DNA of 64,000 nucleotides, from the NCBI GenBank assembly GCA_965657355.1, contig CBFHOE010000004.1, positions 38,072-102,071 on the forward strand. Reading direction: 5' to 3'. Source of the stretch: Limisphaerales bacterium. GTDB taxonomy: Bacteria > Verrucomicrobiota > Verrucomicrobiia > Limisphaerales > JAJOIW01. The position numbers were made by a program, and so were the translations under genes. The stretch's first letter is position 1; every line of letters starts with the position of its first letter. The notes beneath the pieces were generated by a model. It had not been told where the DNA came from. It did not search any database and saw only the letters and a list, made by a program, of their open reading frames with translations. Below, piece after piece: positions 38,501-50,000 of this stretch.

Positions 38501-39379
38501 ATGAATAATCTTATCGATGGTCGGAAAATATCTTCCGAAATACATTCAGAAACAAAAACGGGCGTCGAAAAACTAAGAGCATCAAAGGGAATTGTCCCCG
38601 GGCTTGTTTTTGTGAGAGTTGGTGAGGACCCCGCTTCAAAAGCCTATGTGCGAATGAAGGAAAAAAAAGCCAGTGAATTGGGTATTTCTTCAAAAACTAT
38701 CGTCCTGGAAAAAAGCACTTCTCAAAAAGACCTCTTATTGCTTGTAGAAAAGCTGAATTCCTCCGGCGACGTGCATGGGATTTTGGTTCAAGCTCCATTG
38801 CCTTCCCACATTGATGAAACAATAATCTTTTCTGCGGTTTCTCCTAGTAAGGATGTCGACGGTTTTCATCCAGTGAATGTCGGCAAGTTGATGCTTGGGG
38901 AGACCGATGGTTTCATGCCCTGCACACCAGCAGGTGTTCATGAACTTTTAAAGCGATCCAATATTACGACGCAAGGTGCAGAGGTTGTTATTCTTGGCAG
39001 AGGAAACATAGTGGGTAAGCCAATGGCAGCTATCCTCATCCAAAAAGGTGAGTTTTCAAATGCAACAGTGACTTTGATTCACTCACGATCTCAGAATGTT
39101 AAGGACCATTGTCTGCGAGCTGATATTCTTATCGCAGCTATGGGATCTCCTCTCTTTGTCAAAAAGGACATGATAAAGCCTGGCGCGACTGTGATAGACG
39201 TGGGCGTTAATAGGGTTGAAGATAGCTCCTCCCCCAAAGGGTATAAATTGGTCGGAGATGTGGACTTCGAAGGGATTCAACCAATTGCAGGGGCTATTAC
39301 CCCTAATCCTGGAGGCGTCGGTCCAATGACAATTGCCATGCTAATGCATAATACACTGAGAGCTGCTAAGAAGGATTGA
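38501..39379 (+). CDS. folD: Methylenetetrahydrofolate dehydrogenase/cyclohydrolase
   Basis: YVRMK, KDVDGFHP, PCTPAG and GGVGPMTIAML. Confidence 0.98.
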   Translation: MNNLIDGRKISSEIHSETKTGVEKLRASKGIVPGLVFVRVGEDPASKAYVRMKEKKASELGISSKTIVLEKSTSQKDLLLLVEKLNSSGDVHGILVQAPLPSHIDETIIFSAVSPSKDVDGFHPVNVGKLMLGETDGFMPCTPAGVHELLKRSNITTQGAEVVILGRGNIVGKPMAAILIQKGEFSNATVTLIHSRSQNVKDHCLRADILIAAMGSPLFVKKDMIKPGATVIDVGVNRVEDSSSPKGYKLVGDVDFEGIQPIAGAITPNPGGVGPMTIAMLMHNTLRAAKKD

Positions 39380-39531
39380 CGGCCCCAATAACATATCTTG
39401 GAAACATTTTAAAGTGCGAGAATGGTTAGGAAAAGCCAAGGATTTGGTGCTCTAGTGCCTGATTTGTGGCTGGAATTTTGTTTTATTGGTTTCTGATATT
39501 CTGATGAGAAGCAAAATGTGTTCTTGCCAAT

Positions 39532-42504
39532 TTGCAAAGTATTCGTTCAATTGTTTCCAATTCTATGGATGACAAACAACCACGCAAGGGCTCTTTAAGC
39601 CCCAAGATCTTTTTGCCCGTAATTCTCGGGGTGTTAGCATTCGTTGTCTATTTGCTTACTTTAGCTCCCTGGCTTTCTTTCAAAAATGTAGAGCAAGCAG
39701 CAACCGCAGGAGGTTGGAATTGGGAAATAGCCGAAAACTATTTTGTGGCCCCATTAACCTACCTCATTACACTTCCGTTAAGGTTGATTGGAGGGGGAAC
39801 CCCTTCGCCTTTGCTATTAAATGCTGTTTCAGCAACGTGCGGCGCGCTTTCCGTTTTTGCGCTTGCCAGCGCTATCAGATGGTTTCCGCAAGACAGAACA
39901 AGGGAGCAACGTATTCGCGAAAAATCATCCAAAGGACTTCTTAGCGGACCTCTTTTTTGGGTGCCCATCGTTTCGGGGGCACTTTTGTTTTGCCTCAATT
40001 TAACTATTTGGGAGAGTGCTACCTCGTATACAGAGGAAATGATCAACCTGCTGGTTTTTTCATTCATCATTCGCGCAATCCTAAAATCTCGGGTCGATCA
40101 ATCAAACTTGAGGATGATTATCGCCGCTTTCCTTGTTGGGGCTGGCCTATCCAATGACGGTGGATTTATTGGTTTTCTGCCCTTTATTTTTGCCGGATTT
40201 ATTTGGTCGAAGAAGAAAGATTTTCTCCAGTTCCAATTTCTCTTACCAGGTATCGTCGCTTTTCTTGTGGGTATAAGTCTGTATTTCCTGGTACCCATTA
40301 TCCACCCATACAATGGAGTTGATGGGGTTGGATACTTCGAGAGACTGTTTAATTACCTTGGAAACCAAAAAAGTTATATTTTACTGAGACAGTTTCGACT
40401 CCCGGCCATTATTTTTGGAATGACCTCAATAGTCCCGGTAATATTTGCAACAATCAGGTGGCCAGGTCAGTTTGGAGATATGTCAGCAATCGGAGCTTTT
40501 TTCTCTCAGATAATGTTCCGAATTTTTCATCTCGTATTCTTATGCGCCTGTCTTTACATATTTTTTGACCAAGCCCATAGCCCTCGACAATCAGAGATGG
40601 GATCGACTCTATTATATTTAAGATTCCAATTCCTTACAGCATTGGCATTTGGGTATTACCTTGGTTATTTCATTATTCTACTTTCGAAAGCACCGGAGTC
40701 TCGGCGACGTAAAAAAACTGTTTTACCTCCAGAGTTTTCCAAGACATTAGCCTATGGCCTTTCTGCCATTGCTCTCATTTCACCTGGAATTTTATTTGCC
40801 AAGAATGCAGGTTTCATTCTTGGACAAAAAGCAACCCCTTGGAAACAATATGCTGACCTCATGTCCGAGGGTATCGTCCTAGATGGAGAGGGACCACATT
40901 TTGTCGGAGCCAACAGCTTGGGCGGTGGGAGAGGGGCCATCACCTTGAAACTCCTTCGCAGTAATCTATCGAACAAACAAATGGGCTCGATGCTGCTGTT
41001 TGATGCCTCAGCCGGCTATCTCTTTAACCCGATATACCACAAATATTTAAAAAATAAATTTCCAGAAGTATATCCAGAACTGCCGGACATCGTTGAAGGT
41101 CAAGATGAGTATTCCGCGCAGGATGTCATCACCATCTTCAAGGCTTTGACATCCAACGGAAAAGCCTTTTACCTGAACCCAAGTTTCGGGATGTTTTTTG
41201 AGGTAATGTATTCCCAGCCATCGGGCATGTCATACTCCCTTACTTCATACCCTGCCGAGGGTATTGATTTTGTAAAACTTTCTGATGCCACTGTCAGCAA
41301 GCTCGATGATATGGTTGAAACTGTTGATGAAGATCTTATCAAACCGCTTGTTCGGCTGAATAAATTGGATCCTCCCAGGTCAGTTAGAAACGGCCAAAAA
41401 GTTCAAACTAATCAGGGGCGCTTAAGCTTCCTCATTTCACGGTATTGCAATGACGTCGGTTACAAACTCATGAGGAGCGGTCACGTGGAACTGGCTCGGA
41501 AATATCTTGAGATGTGTAAATCTATCAATCCGGACAATGTCTCAGCTCAAATGAACCTTTTTGCCATCGACCTCATTCAAAAAACCTCAGGGAAAATGGT
41601 CGCTTCAGACTGGGAATACCCGGAAGAAATGAAAGAGTTTATTGATGAAAAGTTAAAGAGCTTTAATGACGTACAATCCTTATTAGGGATGTATGGGTTC
41701 TTCGATAATCCGTCATTAACCTTTGGGTTATCCCAGATTTTTATGACCAACGGTTATCCAAGACAAGGGTATCAATTGCTCATGCGAACCCTCGAATTAG
41801 ATCCAACGAATTATCTATATTATGCGGATGGTTCGATGTTCATTCTTAATCAAAATCGTCCCGATATTGTAAGAAACATTCTTGATCAACTAAACAAGAA
41901 CATCAATTTTGAGGATGTACCTTTTGAAGATCAAAATTTATCTTTGAAAATTGAGGCCCAAATCCTTCTCAAAGAGGGCAGGTTAGACGAAGCCGTCAAA
42001 TTAATAGAAGATGATGCAGCCAAGGAGCCTTTACGTGAATCCACTCTCAGGTTTCTTGCTGGCATTTATGAAAAAGCAGGGCAACCAAGTAAGGTTATAG
42101 AAATTTGTAATAAGCAACTGAGCAGCTTTCCTGAAGACCACGGAACGATTCTTAAACTTGGACTCGCATATGCATTGAATGAGGATTTTCAACGCGCGCT
42201 CGATGCCAACAATAAAGCTATCAAGCTTAAAGAAAACTTTTGGCAAGCCCATAAAAATAATGCCTTTGTTTACTCAAAACTTGACCAATGGGAAGATGTT
42301 ATCGATTCGCTTGAAAAAGTGATGGCAATAAGGCCTGCCTATTACGAGGGCCATGTGGAAATCGCTCATGCTTACCAAACTCTTGGGGACAATGCCAATG
42401 CAGTAAAACACCTTAAGGAGTATTTAATTACCATTCCGTCAGGGTCTGCAAGGGCCATTGCTGTCCAAAATCAAATTGACCAATTGGAAGCAGAGGCTGA
42501 ATAA
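39532..42504 (+). CDS. DUF2723/TMEM260-like polytopic membrane protein with C-terminal TPR repeats
   Basis: YLLTLAP N-terminus, LNAVSA, TIWESAT, about 10-11 TM segments, then a periplasmic region and multiple TPRs. ATG at 39565 is the likely start. Confidence 0.68.
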   Translation: MQSIRSIVSNSMDDKQPRKGSLSPKIFLPVILGVLAFVVYLLTLAPWLSFKNVEQAATAGGWNWEIAENYFVAPLTYLITLPLRLIGGGTPSPLLLNAVSATCGALSVFALASAIRWFPQDRTREQRIREKSSKGLLSGPLFWVPIVSGALLFCLNLTIWESATSYTEEMINLLVFSFIIRAILKSRVDQSNLRMIIAAFLVGAGLSNDGGFIGFLPFIFAGFIWSKKKDFLQFQFLLPGIVAFLVGISLYFLVPIIHPYNGVDGVGYFERLFNYLGNQKSYILLRQFRLPAIIFGMTSIVPVIFATIRWPGQFGDMSAIGAFFSQIMFRIFHLVFLCACLYIFFDQAHSPRQSEMGSTLLYLRFQFLTALAFGYYLGYFIILLSKAPESRRRKKTVLPPEFSKTLAYGLSAIALISPGILFAKNAGFILGQKATPWKQYADLMSEGIVLDGEGPHFVGANSLGGGRGAITLKLLRSNLSNKQMGSMLLFDASAGYLFNPIYHKYLKNKFPEVYPELPDIVEGQDEYSAQDVITIFKALTSNGKAFYLNPSFGMFFEVMYSQPSGMSYSLTSYPAEGIDFVKLSDATVSKLDDMVETVDEDLIKPLVRLNKLDPPRSVRNGQKVQTNQGRLSFLISRYCNDVGYKLMRSGHVELARKYLEMCKSINPDNVSAQMNLFAIDLIQKTSGKMVASDWEYPEEMKEFIDEKLKSFNDVQSLLGMYGFFDNPSLTFGLSQIFMTNGYPRQGYQLLMRTLELDPTNYLYYADGSMFILNQNRPDIVRNILDQLNKNINFEDVPFEDQNLSLKIEAQILLKEGRLDEAVKLIEDDAAKEPLRESTLRFLAGIYEKAGQPSKVIEICNKQLSSFPEDHGTILKLGLAYALNEDFQRALDANNKAIKLKENFWQAHKNNAFVYSKLDQWEDVIDSLEKVMAIRPAYYEGHVEIAHAYQTLGDNANAVKHLKEYLITIPSGSARAIAVQNQIDQLEAEAE

Positions 42505-42519
42505 TTTTTAATCTTCCCT

Positions 42520-43698
42520 ATGAAGATTGCCCACGTCATAACGAGATTGATTGTCGGTGGGGCCCAGGAAAATACTCTAGCCAGTGTACTGGGCTTGCGC
42601 CAAAAATATGGCCTTGATGTTTCTTTGATCGCGGGACCAACTTCTGGGCCAGAGGGCTCGTTAACAGATGAGATAAAAAATGAAATAGGCGAGGACTATC
42701 ATGAGATTCCCGAACTCATTCGCTCAATTCATCCATTGAAAGATTATCGGGCATACAAATTACTTAAATCTCACTTTAAACAACATAAGCCAGACATCGT
42801 TCACACCCACTCCGCGAAAGCTGGATTTCTGGGAAGAATGGCAGCTTTTGATGCTAAAGTTCCCCTTGTAATTCATGGTATCCATGGTCCCTCATTCGGC
42901 CCATTCCAAAATGGGCTTAAAAATTTCTTGTATCTTCAAGCGGAACGTTGGGCCGGAAAAAGAACAGATCATTTTGTCAGTGTCGCCCGTGCCATGACGC
43001 AACAATATCTTGCTGCCGGGATCGGGTGCCAGTCAAAATACACTCGCATTTTTAGCGGATTCCCAATCAATGCCTATGATAATCAAGAGAAGAGGGATGC
43101 CATTCGCAGGGAGCTGGGTATCTCGACAAGTGATTTTGTCGTAGGAAAAATAGGTAGGCTCTTCAAGCTAAAAGGCCATGGTGACCTTTTCAAAGTTGCC
43201 CCTCGGTTAGTGAAAATGATTCCCGAAATTAAATTCCTCCTCGTGGGAGGAGGCCCATGGGAGGCAAAGTTTAAAAACATGGCAGATAGGCATGGCTTAT
43301 CTGATTACTTTGTTTTTACTGGTCTTGTTCCTCCTCAAGATATTCCTGGTTTAATATCAACGATGGACCTTCTGATCCATCTTTCCTTACGGGAGGGGCT
43401 TCCACGCGCTATCCCTCAAGCTCAGGCGGCTGGGAAACCCGTGATTGCTTACGATTGTGATGGGGCTGGTGAAGTGTGTCGAGATGGCCGGTCTGGTTAT
43501 CTAATTCCACCGGGGGATAGGCTTTCATTATGTGAATTAATTTCTCAAATCTATAACAATCCTGATCTGGCTTTCAAATTCGGGTCCCAGGGAAGAGATT
43601 ACGTGATGGAGAACTTTTCAGTGGAAAAGTTGGTTGATGAACAATACCGACTTTACAATAATTTAGTTGCCAATCTTTCACCTAATTACGATATCTGA
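42520..43698 (+). CDS. GT4 glycosyltransferase
   Basis: HVITRLIVGGAQEN, HTHSAKAG and SLREGLPR..QA.AAGKPV. Confidence 0.94.
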   Translation: MKIAHVITRLIVGGAQENTLASVLGLRQKYGLDVSLIAGPTSGPEGSLTDEIKNEIGEDYHEIPELIRSIHPLKDYRAYKLLKSHFKQHKPDIVHTHSAKAGFLGRMAAFDAKVPLVIHGIHGPSFGPFQNGLKNFLYLQAERWAGKRTDHFVSVARAMTQQYLAAGIGCQSKYTRIFSGFPINAYDNQEKRDAIRRELGISTSDFVVGKIGRLFKLKGHGDLFKVAPRLVKMIPEIKFLLVGGGPWEAKFKNMADRHGLSDYFVFTGLVPPQDIPGLISTMDLLIHLSLREGLPRAIPQAQAAGKPVIAYDCDGAGEVCRDGRSGYLIPPGDRLSLCELISQIYNNPDLAFKFGSQGRDYVMENFSVEKLVDEQYRLYNNLVANLSPNYDI

Positions 43699-44695
43699 TC
43701 GCTTGCTTGCATTTCCATATACATTTTATTGTCTGAGTTTTTTTTGCGGATTCCTATTAAGCTTTCTATTAGTTCCAGTTATTCGATTAAAATGTGAGCA
43801 ACTGGGCTTAGTAGATAATCCAGGTTATCGGAAAATTCATCATTCACCTATTCCACTTGCTGGAGGGCCAGTGATCATGCTTGCTTTTAGTATACTATTG
43901 GTATCTGGGGCTGGTGGTTTTGTCCTGCTGGATACGCTGTATGATTCTGAAGGTATTTCAAAACTTGCATATGGTGTAAGGGCAAAAATATTTCAGATCT
44001 CAATGATTTTGTTAGGAGGGATAGTTCTTGGGGTCATGGGAATACTTGACGATAAATCCGCATACTCCGCAAAAACGAAATTATTCTGGCAAATCATTGG
44101 GGCAATGCTCTTGGCATCGTCAGGAGCACGAATGACTATCTTTATTGAGACAATCTGGATTCAATACCTGCTGACCATCTTCTGGGTATTAATCTTAGTC
44201 AATGCTTTCAATTTTATTGATAATATGAATGGGGCCTCGTCTGGGCTCGGAATTATTGCCTTGGCTTTTTGTTCCCTGTCAGGGCATCACGCCAATCAAT
44301 ACCTAGTGCCTGGATTAGGTATTCTTTTTATAGGAATAATAGCTGGTGTGCTTTTATGGAATTTTCCACACGCAAAAATATTTTTAGGTGATTCCGGAAG
44401 CCATTTGATAGGTTACCTCGTCGCGTTTATTACCATAAAAGCTACGTACTATTCCTCTGAGGTTCATGAATCTCGAATGGCAGTCATAACTCCTTTGTTT
44501 TTCGTGGCGGTGCCATTGATTGATATTTTTCAGGTGACGATTATGCGTGCTATTCGAGGGAAGCCAATTTGGATCGGGGACACAAGACATCTCACACATA
44601 TCCTTTCAAAGACAAAGCTCGGAAAAGTCGGAGCTGTAGTTTTTCTTTGGTTGATGGCCATTTTATTGGGATTTATTCCCTATTTATTTTCCTGA
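43667..44695 (+). CDS. MraY/WecA/TagO-family polyprenyl-phosphate sugar-1-phosphate transferase
   Basis: RKIH..P.PLAGG, ILDD, NAFNFIDNMNG, FLGDSGS and GDTRHLTH. Start uncertain. Confidence 0.92.
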   Translation: MPIFHLITISDRLLAFPYTFYCLSFFCGFLLSFLLVPVIRLKCEQLGLVDNPGYRKIHHSPIPLAGGPVIMLAFSILLVSGAGGFVLLDTLYDSEGISKLAYGVRAKIFQISMILLGGIVLGVMGILDDKSAYSAKTKLFWQIIGAMLLASSGARMTIFIETIWIQYLLTIFWVLILVNAFNFIDNMNGASSGLGIIALAFCSLSGHHANQYLVPGLGILFIGIIAGVLLWNFPHAKIFLGDSGSHLIGYLVAFITIKATYYSSEVHESRMAVITPLFFVAVPLIDIFQVTIMRAIRGKPIWIGDTRHLTHILSKTKLGKVGAVVFLWLMAILLGFIPYLFS

Positions 44696-44782
44696 CATTA
44701 TCTGAGTCTAGGATAGGATGTCATTTCCAACCATATAGATGAATTATCCCTGGGATGTTGCCTGGGAGAAGTCGATGCAACG

Positions 44783-46963
44783 ATGAAATTTACAAGTCAA
44801 ATATACTCATTGGTAGTTTTAGGATTTATTTTCCTTCTTTTGGAACCAGCCAGGGCTCAAGACGCTCAACTCAAAAGGCTGATGAGAGAGCATATAGAAA
44901 AGATAGATAAGAACTCGGAAAAATTAAAAATCCCTGAATTTCCTGAAGGAAAAGATTGGTTTAATTCGCCTGCTTTGAAATTTGGAAAAGAGCTCGATGG
45001 TAAAATAGTCGTTCTGGATTTTTGGACGTATTGCTGTATCAATTGCATTCACGTCTTACCGGATCTAGCCGAGTTGGAGAGAAAATATGCTGCATACCCA
45101 GTTGCTTTTGTTGGTGTTCATTCCGCTAAGTTTGACAATGAAAAGGTCTCAGAAAATATTCGTCAGGCGGTTTTAAGATACGAAATTGAACACCCCGTTA
45201 TCAATGATGATGAGATGTTTATTTGGAGGAGTATTGGTGTTCGGGCCTGGCCATCCATGGTTGTTGTTGGACCTAAAAACAATATCTTACTCATGGTATC
45301 TGGTGAAAATAAAAAAAATATCATAGATACTGCAATCTCGGAGGCTTTGAATTTTTATTCACCTGATCTGTTCAAATACGATCCAGTGCCTACTGCTCTG
45401 GAGAGAGATAAAAGCGTTAATGAAAAATCAACATCACCTCTTCGTTTTCCAGCAAAATTGGCATACGACAAAAACAAAAAGCGAATTTTTATTAGCGATT
45501 CCAATAATAACAGAATCATCGTTACTGATCATAGCGGCGAGTTCTTATCCAGTATCGGAAATGGCAGAGTTGGTTTAGTCGATGGGTCATTTTCAGAAGC
45601 ACGTTTTAATCGTCCGCAGGGAATAACTTGGTATCGCGATAAACTTTACGTGGCTGATGCAGAAAACCATGCTTTGCGAGAAATAGATATGGAGAATGAA
45701 AAGGTAACTACTCTTGCTGGCAATGGAGTTCAAGGAAGGGATTATTCTGGTGGCAAATCCGGAGCCAAGCAACTTTTAAGCACTCCCTGGGATGTTTTAG
45801 GCGTCGGAGATAAAATATTTATTGCCATGGCTGGGACGCATCAAATTTGGGCATGGGACCTCAAATCTAAAATAGCATCAAATTTCAGTGGTGACGGATC
45901 TGAGCAAAATCTCAATGGCGAAGGAGCCCTCAAAGTAGCCTGGTCTCAGCCTTCTGGTTTAGCCACCAATGGAAAAGATATTTATATAGCAGATAGTGAA
46001 AGTAGCACTATTCGTGGGTTGGAAATTGCAACCGAAAGGGCATTTCCTATTGTCGGTGGCGATGTCACTCAGCCAAGAAATCTTTTTGATTTTGGAGATG
46101 TTGACGGAATTGGAGATGATGCAGGGCTACAACATCCATTAGGAGTTTTCATGTATAACAACGATGCATCGGTTTTAGTCGCCGATACTTACAATCACAA
46201 AATCAAAACACTTAATCCAACGGAGAGGACAATTTCGACACTTGCTGGGGTAGGCACCGCTGGATATAAAGATGGTCCATTTGAAAAGGCTCTTTTTGCT
46301 GAGCCCTCTGGCTTTTGTGAAACGGATGATAATCAGGTCTTCTTGGTGGCTGATACAAATAACCACAAGATCAGAATTATAGATTTAAATAAACGAGAGG
46401 TGTCCACTCTAGAACTAAAAAACATACCTAATGCACTGTCGCCATACGAGCATGGGCAATGGGATCTTTCGGGTTTTTCTGATGCAAAAGCCGAAAAAGT
46501 AAAACTTGTTGTCGATCTCAGCTCCAAAGAGCCCATATCGATTCCAATTTCTTTAAAGCTCCCAAGTGATCAGAAAATTAATGAACTAGCCGAATCTCGT
46601 TGGCAGGTTACAAGTAATGAATCATCGAAAAACCAAAATGCAAATTTCTTTCAAGCCCTTGAGACGAGAAAGGGAGTTATCGATCCGATAAATCCATCTA
46701 TTTCATTAATAATAGACCCATTGAAGTTGGATTTAAAAGAGGGGGCAACTTCAATTAATTTTGAATGCGTTGCATACTATTGCGGAAAAAATGACACCAT
46801 TTGCAAAGTAGGTCACATTAAACGCGAGCTTTTAATTTCTGATGCATCGCTCACAAAACCCATAAACAAAACCCCTCTACCCTTAGTATTTGAGATCCAG
46901 GATATGACAAAAAAAATTCATTCTCTATTGGATCCTTTGTTAGAGGAACCAATAAATAAATAG
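44783..46963 (+). CDS. Thioredoxin-like + NHL-repeat protein (SOQ1/NHLRC2 homolog), exported
   Basis: LDFWTYCCINC, GVHSAKF, NHL repeats (ADSESS, LQHPLGV, ADTYNHKIK) and a C-terminal YYC-x6-C domain; signal peptide. Confidence 0.92.
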   Translation: MKFTSQIYSLVVLGFIFLLLEPARAQDAQLKRLMREHIEKIDKNSEKLKIPEFPEGKDWFNSPALKFGKELDGKIVVLDFWTYCCINCIHVLPDLAELERKYAAYPVAFVGVHSAKFDNEKVSENIRQAVLRYEIEHPVINDDEMFIWRSIGVRAWPSMVVVGPKNNILLMVSGENKKNIIDTAISEALNFYSPDLFKYDPVPTALERDKSVNEKSTSPLRFPAKLAYDKNKKRIFISDSNNNRIIVTDHSGEFLSSIGNGRVGLVDGSFSEARFNRPQGITWYRDKLYVADAENHALREIDMENEKVTTLAGNGVQGRDYSGGKSGAKQLLSTPWDVLGVGDKIFIAMAGTHQIWAWDLKSKIASNFSGDGSEQNLNGEGALKVAWSQPSGLATNGKDIYIADSESSTIRGLEIATERAFPIVGGDVTQPRNLFDFGDVDGIGDDAGLQHPLGVFMYNNDASVLVADTYNHKIKTLNPTERTISTLAGVGTAGYKDGPFEKALFAEPSGFCETDDNQVFLVADTNNHKIRIIDLNKREVSTLELKNIPNALSPYEHGQWDLSGFSDAKAEKVKLVVDLSSKEPISIPISLKLPSDQKINELAESRWQVTSNESSKNQNANFFQALETRKGVIDPINPSISLIIDPLKLDLKEGATSINFECVAYYCGKNDTICKVGHIKRELLISDASLTKPINKTPLPLVFEIQDMTKKIHSLLDPLLEEPINK

Positions 46964-47001
46964 TGAGAATGGAAACTAAAACATTTTGAAAGTCTAAATT
47001 G

Positions 47002-50000
47002 ATGAAATTGAATCATAAATTATTACCAAAAATTTTCTTGGTATTGCTGTTGTTTTTTACGGCAGAATCTGTAAGTGCACAGAAAAAATTAGTAGATGCT
47101 AAAAATACTAGGACAGGAAATCCAGAGCCACAAAAAGATCCCGATTTTGCCCAATTTGGAATTTATAGTAAAACAGCGTCAAGGCCACAAAGGGTAAAAG
47201 AAACCAAGACTCAGCTTCCTATTAAATTTAAAAAGAATCAAAGGATAGCATTCATAGGCAATACCCTTTTGGAGAGGTCTCAATATTTTGGTTATATTGA
47301 AGCGGCACTTCATCAGCATAATCCCGGATTGAACCTCGTTGTAAGAAATTTTTCCTGGTCAGCGGATACTCCAGACATCCAGCCTCGGCCAAACAATTTT
47401 GCTGACTTGGAGCAGCATTTGACTTACGAAAAAATTGATATCATTCTTGCATCATTCGGATTTAATGAATCTTTTGCCGGGCCTTCAGGGTTGCCTGCTT
47501 TCAAGCAGTCACTGAATTCCTATATTCAAAAACTGCAATCCAGTGCTTTCAATGGTCAAATAGGCCCTCAAATTATCCTGTTATCTCCGATTGCCAATGA
47601 AAATATTGATAACGTCTCCGCTGCGGATAGGAACAATCATAATATTGCGTTATACGCCCAGGCTATCTCCGAAGTAGCTATGAAAAGGGGAATCGGATTT
47701 ATAGATGTTTTTGGGCCAACTAAAAAGGCAATGGAGAATACTAAAGTTGATCTAACCTTTAATGGGATTCATATGGTCGAGGCTGGATATGAATTACTCG
47801 GAAGACTCGTTTCTCGAGCCCTCACAGGAAAAATTATAAATACTTTTGATAAACCATTGAGAGAAGAAGTCGTTGATAAAAATAAGCAATATTTTAGAAG
47901 GTATAGGCCTTTGAATACTTATTACTATACCGGCGCTCGAAATAAATCATATGGCTATCTGGATTTTTTACCGGCTATGAAAAATTTCCAGATAATGACT
48001 GAAAATCGGGATCAAAGAATCTGGTCGTTAGCTCAAGGGAATGATGTTGACGGCATACCAAAAGATTTGAATGTAAAGCAGATGCCTGTCACATCGCAGA
48101 GTAGGGGAGCGAATAAGTGGCTTAGTCCAGAGGAAGAACTGGAAGCTTTCCAAGTTGATCCTGGTTTTGAGGTCAATCTGTTCGCATCTGAGGTGGAATT
48201 TCCTGATGTGGCATGCCCTATTCAAATGAGATGGGATACACGGGGGCGCATGTGGGTGAGTTGTTCGACGACATACCCGCACGTTTACCCCGGTAACGAA
48301 CCAAACGATAAGATCGTTATTTTGGAGGATACAGATCAAGATGGAAAAGCTGATAAGTCAACGGTCTTTGCTGATGATCTCCAAATTCCTTTATCATTTG
48401 AACTTGGAGACGGCGGGGTTTACATCTCCGAGGAACCACATTTGATCTTTATCAAAGATACTGACGGAGACGATAAAGCTGACTTTAAAAGAATTCTTTT
48501 TACCGGGTTCGGATGTGAGGATAGTCATCACGCCCTGCACGATTTTGTATGGACCCCTGAGGGGGACCTATTATTTAGGGAATCCATTTTTCATAATAGT
48601 CAGGTAGAAACACCTTATGGACCGGTCAGAGCAAGAAACAGTGCCTGGTTCCAATTGCATCCAAAATCGCATCGATTGACCTCTTTTGGTAGCTACCCCA
48701 ACACTAATCCTTGGGGTGTGACATTCGATAGGTGGGGTTATCATGTTGCCAGTCACCCCATTTTTGCTGCTGCTTTTCATGCGACTAACCCTCCGTTTCC
48801 AACACAGCATCCACGCGCTGCCGGAATAAAAGCCTACTCGGGGGTCTGCGGACATGAATTTGTAGATTTCGATTTCTGGCCAGAGGAAATGCAAGGTGGA
48901 TATGTGAAAGTTCGTTACAAGCCAACTAATAGGGTAGAATTTCACACCTGGAACCAAAATGAGGACGCGTTCTCTGAGAGTTACCAAAAGGATCTTATCT
49001 TTTCTACTAATTTGAGTTTTATTCCAACGGATCTAAAATACGGCCCTCGTGGTGCAATGTATGTGGTCGACTGGTATAATCCAATCAAAGGGCATGCGCA
49101 GTATTCCCTGAGAGACGAAAGAAGAGATAGGAAATCTGGCCGTATTTGGAGGATAATTCCAAAGGGAGCCAAACTACCGCCGGCCCCCAAAATATACAAT
49201 CAACCTGTTCCAGAGCTATTAGATCTTTTAAAAAGGCCTGAGTATCGCATTCGATACATGGCAAAAATGGAACTCAGAGAGCGGTCGGAACAGACTGTGA
49301 TTCAAGAGTTGGATAAATGGGTTAATCACCTCGATATCAAGGACCCAAATATCGATCACCATATTCTTGAAGCTCTTTGGATGTACAAAGGTGTCGACAG
49401 TTATAATCAATCTCTTTGGTATCGTTTATTGGATTCAAAGAATGAGCATGCGCGTGCCAGTGCTGTAAGGTTTTTACGCTCATGGCATAAAAAAATCTCG
49501 AAAGAGAAACGTAATTCTATTCTTAAGCGGTTCGCCAAAGATAAGAGTGCTTTCGTTCGGATGGAATCTGCCATAGCTGCAAGTTACATTGGTGACAGAG
49601 AGGCCCTTGACTCCATACTTCCAATACTCTCTTCAAAAATGGGCGCTCACCTAAAATATGCAGTGGCATGTGCATTAGGGTCAGAAGCTCTAAGGGCTCA
49701 TTGGATGAACAATTCTGGATATGAAGATGTTAATGCTTTCTTCAGAGAATCTAAGTCTAAAGATGAGTTTGCTGAACCAACTCCATCTGCTTCTCAAGCT
49801 CAATTTGATTCACAAAAAGATTTGAAGGTTGTCGAAATTTCATGCGTTCCGGAGAGGATGAGATTCACCAAGCAAAAAATAAATGTTAAGTCAGGTCAGC
49901 CCATAAAATTAGTTTTCACAAACCCGGATGCTACGGATCATAACTTTGTGCTCGTCCAACCCGGATCAGTCGAGCAGGTAGGAAGTGCTGCGAATGAAAT

